From positions 11,609 to 75,608 of the forward strand of contig CAZLGG010000005.1 in the NCBI GenBank assembly GCA_964559135.1: a DNA stretch of 64,000 nt, written 5' to 3'. Source of the DNA: an uncultured Planctomycetia bacterium (GTDB lineage: Bacteria; Planctomycetota; GCA-002687715; DRQF01). Under the pieces are notes generated by a model. That model did no database searches, was not told where the DNA came from, and worked only from the letters and a program-made list of their open reading frames with translations. Positions 37,653-46,257 of this stretch are shown in pieces; position 1 is the first letter of the stretch, and each line of letters begins with the position of its first letter. Position numbers and translations under genes: made by a program.

Positions 37653-38111
37653 ATGATTGGCGACATCGTCACCTATTCTTCCCGACGAGGCACGGTTTCA
37701 TTCCTCGGCGCCCTCATCCTGGCTCTTTTCATCCTGAACTCGCCGGCCACGGCGCAGAAGGTGAGCGTCAAGGTCCTGGACGCGGCGAAGGTGTACTACC
37801 CCGCCACCATCAAGAAGAAGTCCAAGTTCAAGGCACCCGCGATCCTCTCCACCGCCAAGGTCTTCGGCGCCATCCCCGAGTGGAAGGTCATCAAGAAGAA
37901 GAAGCTCGACAAGAAGGATGCCGAGTACTTCATTCTCCTCAAGGCCGCCAACGACAAGTTCGCGGCGGCCCTGGCCGCCGTTCGAAAGGAAGGCAAGTTC
38001 GACATCGTGGCCGAGGACGGAGCCATCGAGTGCAAGGGATGCGAGGCCGAAGACGTCACGCAGAAGATGATCGATGCGCTTCCCGAGGAGGTCGACAACC
38101 AGGCGTCGTGA
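37653..38111 (+). CDS. Small secreted basic protein, possibly Skp/OmpH-like
   Basis: Signal peptide (..SPATA); C-terminal AVRKEGKFDIV...DVTQKMIDAL resembles the Skp core; AGGAGG SD. Confidence 0.55.
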   Translation: MIGDIVTYSSRRGTVSFLGALILALFILNSPATAQKVSVKVLDAAKVYYPATIKKKSKFKAPAILSTAKVFGAIPEWKVIKKKKLDKKDAEYFILLKAANDKFAAALAAVRKEGKFDIVAEDGAIECKGCEAEDVTQKMIDALPEEVDNQAS

Positions 38112-39445
38112 AGGTGAAGCGCGCCACGGTTTGCTCATTCCTCCTCGCCCTCTGCCTCGCGGTCTCCTGTACCGAAAGCAGCGAGGAATCCTTCTCCCAC
38201 ATCTTCAATGCACCGGTGACGGTTCGAGCCCTCGACCAGTTGGATCTGCGACCGCCGGCGGAAGCCGGCGGGTGGGATTACCCTGATATTGAACTGGTCG
38301 ACGGACGCATCATGCGGATCGTCTGGATGAACAAGGGAGAACCCGCTTCCTACATCCCCTACCTGACCGGACTGAAAGAGGTGGTCGAGAAAAGAGTCGA
38401 GGTGAAGGCCAACCCCGCTCTGCCCCCCCAGCTGCGTCGCGACCCCAACAACGGCGCTCCTCAAATCTTGAAGGATTCCACTCTGGAGCCCTTGGTCATC
38501 ACGGGATCTCTCGAGGACGTCGACGTCGTCACTGACGTTCTCGTGGGGGTTCAAAAGAGTATTCCTCAGATCGAGATCTCCGTGCGCGTGGTCGAGGTCT
38601 TGGAGGCGGACACCCTCAGCTTCGGCATCGACACGTTCTTCCAGTCCGTCGAAAACGACCCCAACTCACCGACGGCGACGTTTTTCAACAAGGCGTCCAC
38701 GATTCTCGGACTGCCGGAGATCCCCGGACAAGGCGCCTCGTTCAACCCGGCGACAGGAACGACGCCCCTCATGATCAACCTGGGGACGATCACGAACGGC
38801 GTCCAGGTCGACTTTCTCATTCGCGCCCTCAAGCTGTTCACCAAGACGAACGTACTTTCCGCCCCACAGATCCGAGTGCTCGACGGCTACTCCGCCGAAA
38901 TCGTCGCCGGCGAGGACATTCCGTTCTTCGAACCGAAGTTCTCGGGGTCGGGCCTCTCGACCATCACCACGTCGTTCAAGCAGGTGGGCGTGAAACTGTT
39001 CATCAATCCCAAGGTCGTGGGGCGGGACCTGGTGAGAATCTCGCTGACGTCCAGCGTCGAGGCCGTGACCCGCGAAAGCACCTTCGTGTCCAACGACGTG
39101 ACCGTCACGAATCCCGTCATCACGACGCGACGGGTGAGTACCTACATGGATGTCTACGACGGCGACACGGTCGTGCTGGGCGGCCTCCTCACTCGCAACA
39201 AGCTGGACAGCGAGAACCGGGTTCCCGTCCTCGGCGAGATCCCGATCTTGAATTTCCTCTTTGCAAGCCACTCCCGCCAGGTCCTACAAAGCAACCTGAT
39301 CTTTTTCGTGACGCCCCGGATCATGGACCCGAGCGCCGAACGTCGGCGTCTCATCACGCCCGTCCTCCCCACCGATGACGAGGACACGGAAACGCCGGTC
39401 GAAGACGGGAAGAAACCCGAGGGCAAAGCGTCCAAGGACGGTTGA
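38108..39445 (+). CDS. Secretin (T2SS GspD/PilQ/RcpA family), short and probably lipidated
   Basis: Lipobox LAVSC; QIEISVRVVEV, VLSAP, GEDIP, VGVKL.I.P, DGDTVVLGGL, VPVLGEIPILNFLF, IFFVTPRI. Confidence 0.88.
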   Translation: MKVKRATVCSFLLALCLAVSCTESSEESFSHIFNAPVTVRALDQLDLRPPAEAGGWDYPDIELVDGRIMRIVWMNKGEPASYIPYLTGLKEVVEKRVEVKANPALPPQLRRDPNNGAPQILKDSTLEPLVITGSLEDVDVVTDVLVGVQKSIPQIEISVRVVEVLEADTLSFGIDTFFQSVENDPNSPTATFFNKASTILGLPEIPGQGASFNPATGTTPLMINLGTITNGVQVDFLIRALKLFTKTNVLSAPQIRVLDGYSAEIVAGEDIPFFEPKFSGSGLSTITTSFKQVGVKLFINPKVVGRDLVRISLTSSVEAVTRESTFVSNDVTVTNPVITTRRVSTYMDVYDGDTVVLGGLLTRNKLDSENRVPVLGEIPILNFLFASHSRQVLQSNLIFFVTPRIMDPSAERRRLITPVLPTDDEDTETPVEDGKKPEGKASKDG

Positions 39446-39462
39446 TTCGGGAGGTCACCCAC

Positions 39463-40656
39463 ATGTCACGGCAGCGACGACGGAATGAAGAAGGCTCGGC
39501 CCTGGTTCTCGCACTCATTGCCGTGTTCCTCCTGCTCATCGTCAGCTTCGAGGTGGCCCATACGTCTCGCATCGAAACCTTCATCACGAAGAACGTCGAA
39601 GTCGATGCCCAACTGGAAGCCGCCTGCCGATCCGGCTTGGAACGCGCCCTCGCCATCCTCCGCGAAGACCGTCAAAACACGGAACTCGACAGCACGAACG
39701 ACTCTTGGTACCCGCTTTTCGTCGACAATGAATTGACTCCCGCCGACGTGGCGTCGGAGGAGTTCCTTCTTGACGATGACGGTGAGGAAGAGGAGCAGGT
39801 CACTCTCTACATCGAGATCTTCGACGAGAACGCGAAGTTCAACGTCTTCCGCTTGGCGACCAGTGATGAGCGGAAGCGTCGGGACGATGTCCGGCGGTTC
39901 TCCGAACTCATCGATCGATTTCGAGACGAATGGAGTGACTTCGACCTTGGCGCCGCGGACGGCCAGGAGATTGGCGACCAGATCCTCTCCTTCATCACCC
40001 GCGACGAGGACAAGCCCTTCGGCACCCTCCCCACGCCCCCCACCAAGAAACCGGGCGGAATGAACGACATCGCGGAGCTGCTCTACATCCCCGGGATCGA
40101 TCCTGCGATCCTTTGGGATCAGACGACGAACGAGGGGGAAACCCTGGTCCCCGGCCTCTTCCGTTTCGTGACCATCTGGACCGACATGCAGGTCAACATC
40201 AACACGGCTCCGCTTCCCGTCCTGTCCGCTCTCTTCGAACCCAAGAACGTCTTCCTCGCCGAACGGATCCTCGACGCCCGCGAGACCGCGGCGGAGGAAC
40301 AGGAGCGAGAATCTCGTTCGCTGATCAATCAGTTCGAAGAGAGCCGGGGCGAGAACGAACCCGATCCCACCGGAGGCGCCCCCTTCAGCCAGATCGCGGA
40401 TCTTCGGGACAAGGTCGAGGGGATCGGCGACGAGGTCTACTCGAAAATCGCTCCATGGATCACCGTCCAAAGCGACGTGTTTTCGATTTTCGTCACCGCG
40501 GAGAAGGGCCTCCTCAGGCGCACCAAGATGTGGGTGATCAAGCGGGGAGAATCCGGCTTCCAGGTCCTCATGGAGCGCCCCGTGAACTTCCCTTACTTCA
40601 TTCCCCCGGACCGTCTTGAAAAAGGTGAGCAGGACGCCGAAGGCCGCTACCAGTAG
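39463..40656 (+). CDS. gspK: Type II secretion minor pseudopilin K-like protein
   Basis: Prepilin site RRRNEEG/SALVLAL, DENAKFNV, ELLYIPGI, VNINTAP, PFSQIADL, VQSDVFSI. Confidence 0.8.
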   Translation: MSRQRRRNEEGSALVLALIAVFLLLIVSFEVAHTSRIETFITKNVEVDAQLEAACRSGLERALAILREDRQNTELDSTNDSWYPLFVDNELTPADVASEEFLLDDDGEEEEQVTLYIEIFDENAKFNVFRLATSDERKRRDDVRRFSELIDRFRDEWSDFDLGAADGQEIGDQILSFITRDEDKPFGTLPTPPTKKPGGMNDIAELLYIPGIDPAILWDQTTNEGETLVPGLFRFVTIWTDMQVNINTAPLPVLSALFEPKNVFLAERILDARETAAEEQERESRSLINQFEESRGENEPDPTGGAPFSQIADLRDKVEGIGDEVYSKIAPWITVQSDVFSIFVTAEKGLLRRTKMWVIKRGESGFQVLMERPVNFPYFIPPDRLEKGEQDAEGRYQ

Positions 40657-40748
40657 TCCTTCCGCTCGACCTGTCTGCGCTGCGCTTCAATGTGCAGAGC
40701 ATGCTCTGCGCCCCAAGGAACTGCCGAGCAAGGCAGCAAGGAAGAGGG

Positions 40749-40850
40749 CTCTCACGAAGACGCAGAGTCGCAAAGATGCATCGGCCACTCAGGATCGGAC
40801 GACCATCGATCCGCAACGTTCTTCTCCACGTCTCCGTGCCTCCGTGAGAG
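40749..40850. repeat. Imperfect inverted repeat built from 8-nt units (REP/MITE-like)
   Basis: CTCTCACGAAGACGCAGAGTCGCAAAG ... CTCCACGTCTCCGTGCCTCCGTGAGAG between convergent genes. Confidence 0.6.
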
Positions 40851-40934
40851 AAGAATCAGAACGTCAAGGATGGTCGCGGCGCTCGCGAACAGGGGGTCGC
40901 CGCTCCATGGTGGTACGCCTCGGTCGTTGTCGTC

Positions 40935-41834
40935 TCAGCGGGAGCGGCGTGGTCCGGGCCGGGAACGACGCTGCGAACGACCCCGCGCCCCGGTGCCTCG
41001 GGATGGCTTTCGGCCACCGCGCCCGGCCCCCCCTTCCGACGACGAGGCCCGGGAGCGGGCGGGAGCCCCACGCCGCCGCCTCGGCGGCGGCGGGAGATCC
41101 GAGGGTTTCGACGGGTCCGAAGCCTCGAGCAAGGCTTTGACCTCGTCCGGCTTCAGCACGCGCACGGCGCCCCTCTTCAATCCCTTCGCCATGATCGGCC
41201 CGATGCGAACCCGCTGCAAGCGCACGACGGCGTGCCCCAAACGAGCGAAGACGCGACGGAGGACACGGTTTTGCCCCTCCCTGATCTTCACGGTGACCTC
41301 GGAAAACTGCTGGGAACGTCTTTCCAGCCGCACGTAGATGGAAGGCGTCCGACCGGAACTGAGCCAGACTCCGGCGCGCGCCTTCTTGAGATCCTCCTCG
41401 TCGAGGTACCCATGCAACTTCAGGCGGTAGGTCTTCGTCACTCCGTAGCGAGGATGCGCCACCCGGTTCGCGAAGGCGCCGTCATTCGTGACGATGATCA
41501 GCCCTTCCGACTCCTCGTCCAGCCGTCCCACGGTGTAGAGTCGCCGCGCCTTCTTGTCCCGCACCAAGGAGAGAACCGTCCTACGCCCCTGGGGATCGTC
41601 ACTCGTGCAGAGATACCCCTTGGGCTTGTTCACCAAGTAGTAGGCAGGGGGTTCCAGCCGGATCTTCTCCCCGTCGAAACGGATATCCTGAGTCTCGGGA
41701 TCGACCATGACACCCATGGAACGGATCTCGACGCCGTCCACGGACACGTGGCCGTTGGCGATGAGCTCCTCGGCATGTCGGCGTGAGGCCACGCCGGCGC
41801 GGGCCAAGACCTTGTGGAGTCGTTCTCGGGGCAT
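40935..41834 (-). CDS. RsuA/RluB-family rRNA pseudouridine synthase
   Basis: S4 domain (ERLHKVLARAGVASRR), NKPKG, VGRLD, EGQNR. Confidence 0.93.
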   Translation of the reverse strand: MPRERLHKVLARAGVASRRHAEELIANGHVSVDGVEIRSMGVMVDPETQDIRFDGEKIRLEPPAYYLVNKPKGYLCTSDDPQGRRTVLSLVRDKKARRLYTVGRLDEESEGLIIVTNDGAFANRVAHPRYGVTKTYRLKLHGYLDEEDLKKARAGVWLSSGRTPSIYVRLERRSQQFSEVTVKIREGQNRVLRRVFARLGHAVVRLQRVRIGPIMAKGLKRGAVRVLKPDEVKALLEASDPSKPSDLPPPPRRRRGAPARSRASSSEGGAGRGGRKPSRGTGARGRSQRRSRPGPRRSR

Positions 41835-41875
41835 GGGGCATCTTCCGTGACAGAGGCTCGCGCATCAAGCGGAGT

Positions 41876-42838
41876 TCACTGGTGAAAGGCGAGAAGGAGG
41901 GAGGCCTCGGAGGACCGGAGGCTCCAGGCGCCCCCTTTCGCGGGAACGAGGGCCGTCGCCCCCATGCCGGCCAGCTCCAGACTTTCCTCGCCGCGCACGA
42001 GGGCCACCGTCCCCGAAACGACCTGCACGACCGCGAGGCGGCCGCTCGCCACCTCCTGCGGTCCCCCGGATTCCGTGATCCGAAATGACTCGATGCGGAA
42101 CGTGGGCATGTCACAGAGAACCCGCCGGCCCGGCTCAGCCTCGGAGCGGAAAATGTCGGAACGCCGCACTTCCGGCCTCGCCCCCAAGTCCATGGCCTGA
42201 AAACCCTGAGACAGATGAAGGGGCCGGGCTCCTCCCGATTGAGGGCGATCCACATCGTGCAGCCGGTAGGTGATGGAAGAGGGTTGCTGCACCTCGAAAA
42301 GATAGATCCCCTTGCCGATGGCATGCACGCATCCGGCCGGGACGGGCACCACGTCTCCCGGCCGCACGGGGATTTCCCGCAGCAGGTCGCGGGGACATCC
42401 CTCGCGAAATGCCTGCTCGGCCGCCCTCCGGGTCACCCCCTCCTTGAAGCCGAGGTAGATCCTCGCGCCGGGCTCGGCCGCAAGAATGACCCAAGCCTCG
42501 TGCTTGCCATTGGGCTCGCCTTCCAAGGCCATCGCCAAGGCGTCGTTCGGATGCACCTGAATGGACAACTCGTCCCCGGCATCGATCCTCTTCACGAGCA
42601 AAGGCAATCGATCCGGCGGCTCCGCCCCCCCCACGAGGTGGGCCGCCCACTCGCCGTAGGCGCCGGCCAGGGCACGAAACTCGTCGGGGGCATGGGACAC
42701 GAAGGATGACATGTGGCCAAGTCCGGAAACGTCGAGCGCCTCACCCACGCGCCCCTCCCCCGAGGGAGCGACTCCCAGACGGTTTCCGGCCCAGATCATG
42801 GGACGAAGGTACGGCCTTGTGGCGAGGAGTCCTTTCAC
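41876..42838 (-). CDS. manA: Type I mannose-6-phosphate isomerase
   Basis: PLLVK.IDA..LSIQVHP, KHEAW, PAGCVHAIG, EVQQPS.ITYR. Confidence 0.88.
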   Translation of the reverse strand: MKGLLATRPYLRPMIWAGNRLGVAPSGEGRVGEALDVSGLGHMSSFVSHAPDEFRALAGAYGEWAAHLVGGAEPPDRLPLLVKRIDAGDELSIQVHPNDALAMALEGEPNGKHEAWVILAAEPGARIYLGFKEGVTRRAAEQAFREGCPRDLLREIPVRPGDVVPVPAGCVHAIGKGIYLFEVQQPSSITYRLHDVDRPQSGGARPLHLSQGFQAMDLGARPEVRRSDIFRSEAEPGRRVLCDMPTFRIESFRITESGGPQEVASGRLAVVQVVSGTVALVRGEESLELAGMGATALVPAKGGAWSLRSSEASLLLAFHQ

Positions 42839-44502
42839 GAGGCGGCCTCCTCGACGGTTTGGCCGCCCAGAAGCTTCCGCGCTTGAGCCAGAGCCAGTTG
42901 GTCGTCACCACCGCCGAGCATGGCGGCGATCTCGCGACAACGACGTTCTCCATCGAGGGTCGTAGCCCTCACGCGGGTCATGCCGCCCTCGACCGACTTC
43001 GTCACGGTGATGTGGCGTTCGGCCCTGGCGGCGATCTGAGGCAGGTGCGTGATACAGAGCAACTGTCTGTGCTTCGCCAAGCTCGCGAGCTTGGCTCCGA
43101 GCACGTCCCCCAACCGGGGCCCCACCCCTCCTTCGATCTCGTCGAAGATCAGAAACGGCAGATCGCCGTCCGCGGCCAGGACGCTCTCCAGAGCGAGGAG
43201 TATCCGCGAAAGTTCGCCCCCCGAGACGGCACTCTCGAGCGGGACGAAGTCCTGGCCGGGATTCGTCGCCACCTCGAAGCGCGGCTGGCCCAAGCCCCTC
43301 CGGGACAGCGCGGCCTCTCCCTCGCCGGAAACGACGCGCATCCGAGCCTGGGGCATGCGCAAGTCCTTCAGTTCCTCTTGAAGCGCTCGGATGAGCCGCG
43401 CCCCGACCTTGGCGCGACGTTCGGCCAATCGCGAGGCGGCGTGCCTGAGTCGCTCTTCCCGTTCGACCGTGTGCTTCTCCGAATCCGCGAGCGCCTTCAA
43501 TTCTTCATCGAGGCCCGCGAGTTCGATCTCCCAGGTCTCCAGACGCCGCAGAAGTTCCCTCTCGTCCGCTTGGAAACGGGTCATGAGCCCGTGGAGGGTT
43601 GCAAGACGCTCTTCCAGCTGAACCGGGTCGCCGTCCAGGTTCGAACGCGCGGAGGCCAGCTTGCGGCAATCCAACGCCAGGTCCGACGATTGATCGGTGA
43701 GCGCATAGATGCGCTCCAGGAGTTCATTCACCTCCTCGTCGCCGGCGGCGGATCGTTCCAGCCGCCCCGCGGCGTCGGTGAGCGCCAACCTGCGCCCCTC
43801 GTCTTCGAGCAGCTCCACGAGTTCGCCGAGCGTAGACGCCAAGGTCTTGGCGGACGATAGACGCTTCAAATCCCTCCCGATCCGGTCGGCTTCGCCGGGG
43901 ACGAGGTCGGCCTCGCGCAGGGTGCGAATGCGAAGCTCCAGCAGGTCGCGCCGATCTCGAAGCTGCTCTTCGCGCTCTTCCCTGCGGGCCGCCGCCTGAA
44001 GGGCTTCCTGCCAGGCATCGTGAAGCCTCGCGACCTCGCGCGCCTCCTCGAGATGGCCCCCATAGCGATCGAGCAACTCCACCTGCTCGGAGGGCCGCAG
44101 GAGCTTTTGCGTGTCGCGCTGTCCGTGGACCTCCACGAGCCGTCCGCGGAGCGAGGACAACTCTTTCCTCGAAACCAGATTTCCGTTGACGTAGCAGCGC
44201 TGGTTGGCGCCGGGTTTCCTCCCCACGCGAATCACGAGCTCGTCATCGACCAACTCGCGCAACCCCTCCGTGAGGCACTCTCTCTCGGCGGATGTGAGGA
44301 GAAACCGCCCCTCCACCCGCACCTCTTTCGGCGCCGACTTGGGTTCCGCAGGCAGCTTGTCCCCGAAGAGCAGGCCGATGGCGGAAAGAAGCATGGACTT
44401 ACCCATCCCCGTCTCACCGCTGACGACGTTGAAGCCCGGATGGAAGTTCAGCGTCAGTCGGTCGAGGAGCAACAGGTTGTCGACACGGATTTCTTCCAGC
44501 AT
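42835..44502 (-). CDS. recN: DNA repair protein RecN
   Basis: GETGMGKS, EVHGQ, SGGELSR, IFDEI, ITHLPQIAA. Confidence 0.93.
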   Translation of the reverse strand: MLEEIRVDNLLLLDRLTLNFHPGFNVVSGETGMGKSMLLSAIGLLFGDKLPAEPKSAPKEVRVEGRFLLTSAERECLTEGLRELVDDELVIRVGRKPGANQRCYVNGNLVSRKELSSLRGRLVEVHGQRDTQKLLRPSEQVELLDRYGGHLEEAREVARLHDAWQEALQAAARREEREEQLRDRRDLLELRIRTLREADLVPGEADRIGRDLKRLSSAKTLASTLGELVELLEDEGRRLALTDAAGRLERSAAGDEEVNELLERIYALTDQSSDLALDCRKLASARSNLDGDPVQLEERLATLHGLMTRFQADERELLRRLETWEIELAGLDEELKALADSEKHTVEREERLRHAASRLAERRAKVGARLIRALQEELKDLRMPQARMRVVSGEGEAALSRRGLGQPRFEVATNPGQDFVPLESAVSGGELSRILLALESVLAADGDLPFLIFDEIEGGVGPRLGDVLGAKLASLAKHRQLLCITHLPQIAARAERHITVTKSVEGGMTRVRATTLDGERRCREIAAMLGGGDDQLALAQARKLLGGQTVEEAAS

Positions 44503-44526
44503 GGATCGCCCCGGACGGATTCGGGC

Positions 44527-44907
44527 TCAGGTGACGCGGGTTCCGGGAGCGGTCTCGCCCTCCACGGTGAGCGGCCAGACCTTTTCCGTCCCCTTCACCG
44601 CCAACATCATGCCCTGGCTCTCCAAGCCCCGCAGGCGGGCGGGCTTCAGATTTGTGCAGACGACGAGTGTTTTGCCCACGAGCTCCGCGGGGTCCCAGTC
44701 CGCACGGATTCCCGCCAGAATCTGCCTGGGTTTCTCCTCCCCCACGTCGACCTGCATCACCAAGAGGCGGTCCGCGTCCGGGTGAGGACCGGCCTCCACC
44801 ACCCGTCCCGTCTTCAATTCCACCGCCGCGAATTGATCGATCCCGATCCGCGGCGTTCCCTCGTCCTCCCGGCGTTCTTCATCGCCCTTGTCATTCACGT
44901 CATTCAT
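44527..44907 (-). CDS. Stand-alone tRNA-binding OB-fold protein (Trbp111/CsaA/MetG C-terminal-like)
   Basis: HPDADRLL, RQILAGI, NLKPARLRGLESQGMMLA. Confidence 0.88.
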   Translation of the reverse strand: MNDVNDKGDEERREDEGTPRIGIDQFAAVELKTGRVVEAGPHPDADRLLVMQVDVGEEKPRQILAGIRADWDPAELVGKTLVVCTNLKPARLRGLESQGMMLAVKGTEKVWPLTVEGETAPGTRVT

Positions 44908-45038
44908 GCCGCCAGAATAGTCCCGCGGGGGCCCGCGGCCAAGGAACCTCCCAGCCTGGCGCCCGCGATCGGATCGCGACGCGGGGACGAGCCGTCCTCC
45001 CGGCCGCGTTCCTGACGAGGCCCGATGGCGGGTAATCC

Positions 45039-45076
45039 AAAAAAGTGGCGGCCGCCCCCTCATGGGGACGGCCGCC
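45039..45076 (-). terminator. Intrinsic terminator closing the sigma54-driven small transcript
   Basis: Minus strand GGCGGCCGTCCCC-ATGA-GGGGGCGGCCGCC-AC-TTTTTT (13-bp stem). Confidence 0.8.
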
Positions 45077-45242
45077 GGCTGGGTCATTCCTCATCCCGCG
45101 GGACGCCGATCCGGCGAACCGGACCACCGTCACCGCGGAACTCCTCTCTCACGCCGGGACACCGTTTGGGCCCGTGTCGAAGTCCCTGCCACAATCCTTC
45201 GACACCGCTGACCTTCGAATCGGTCCCGCCGACGCGATTCAC
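45039..45242 (-). ncRNA. Candidate ~200-nt small transcript (sRNA, or leaderless 52-aa ORF 45242-45084)
   Basis: Bounded by a sigma54 promoter and an intrinsic terminator, insulated upstream by another terminator; internal hairpins and seven GGA motifs. Confidence 0.5.
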
Positions 45243-45251
45243 GTGTCCTGT

Positions 45252-45269
45252 TTGCAGAGGCCGTGCCAG
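45252..45269 (-). promoter_or_regulatory. Sigma54 (-24/-12) promoter
   Basis: Minus strand CTGGCACGGCCTCTGCAA versus consensus YTGGCACGNNNNTTGCW; exact GG-N10-GC spacing. Confidence 0.72.
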
Positions 45270-45314
45270 CCTGTCGAAATTCCTTTACCCCCTGTCCGAC
45301 AAGCGATTTAAGCG

Positions 45315-45354
45315 AAAACGTGTCGTCGCCGAGGGTGTTTCGGCGACGACACGT
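45315..45354 (-). terminator. Terminator-like hairpin downstream of the 45408-46184 gene
   Basis: Perfect 15-bp stem ACGTGTCGTCGCCGA / TCGGCGACGACACGT with 7-nt loop and short T run on the minus strand. Confidence 0.65.
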
Positions 45355-45407
45355 GTTACGGCATGGAAACGTTTGCACGGGATCCACGGGCACCCCGACC
45401 GCTACGT

Positions 45408-46184
45408 CTATTTCTTGGAGTCCTCGGTCTCATGCTTGTCCTTCTTGACGAGGACCACGGGTTCCTTCTTCAGCTTCTCCCGGCAAAAGACCAGGACCCG
45501 CTGCAATTCCTTGTCGTCCTTCCGGACGGCAGCCGCCTTCTCGAGGGGCACGAGGGCCTCCCCGAAGCGATTGGCCGAAGCCAGACAAACGCCCTGCTCC
45601 CGCTCGCACAGGGCGGCGACATGGGCGGGAAGTTTCTTCGTGGTCACGTTGGAGAACTCGGACGCGGCGGCGTCGAAGCGGCGCATCTTCTTGAGGCGAT
45701 AGGCCTTGACCATGCGGATGAGGGAAGGCTCGTCGAGCTTGCCCTCGAGGCGCGTCATACCGACGACTTCGATCCAAGGCTTGCCCCTGAAGATGCTCTC
45801 CACGCGCCCGGTGATCAGGAATCGGTCGTAGGGCCTGGCGGTGAGGATCGTGTGGGACTCCTTGGTGATTCGATCGATGAACATGTAGGGGTAATCGGCC
45901 CCGTAGGCCTTCTTGCTCCACAGCGGAGCGCTGTCGCTCCAGACGGAGAAGTTGATGTAGTTCTCCTTCTCGAACGGCGTGAAGTAGGGGTTGTCGATGT
46001 TGCCCAGTTGATGGAATTGGACCACGAAACTCACGTCCATGCCCCGGAACGAAGTCGGGTTCTTGAGGATGAGTTCCAGGGGAACGGTCTTTTCCTCGTA
46101 CAGGTCGTCCCACCACCCACCGGTGGCCAACAAGGGCGAACCCAGGCAGAGGAACAGAGCGACGAAAGCGACGGTCTTACGCAT
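45408..46184 (-). CDS. Secreted hypothetical protein (OB-fold-like N-terminal domain, TPR-like C-terminal helices)
   Basis: Signal peptide; ELILKNP..F.G..V...ITGRV pattern; GVCLASANRFGEALVPLEKA TPR-like segment. Confidence 0.65.
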   Translation of the reverse strand: MRKTVAFVALFLCLGSPLLATGGWWDDLYEEKTVPLELILKNPTSFRGMDVSFVVQFHQLGNIDNPYFTPFEKENYINFSVWSDSAPLWSKKAYGADYPYMFIDRITKESHTILTARPYDRFLITGRVESIFRGKPWIEVVGMTRLEGKLDEPSLIRMVKAYRLKKMRRFDAAASEFSNVTTKKLPAHVAALCEREQGVCLASANRFGEALVPLEKAAAVRKDDKELQRVLVFCREKLKKEPVVLVKKDKHETEDSKK

Positions 46185-46257
46185 GATGAATGTCCTCGTA
46201 ACTCGCTGATTTTGGAGCGATTTCCTGGGTCTTTATCGGCAGGATCGCCAGGTCCAT

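Noticed and set aside
44900-45133. 77-aa ORF with a GAGAGGAG SD inside the small transcript
   Set aside because: It reads through the strong terminator and overlaps the next gene's promoter and start; less consistent than the sRNA or 52-aa options.
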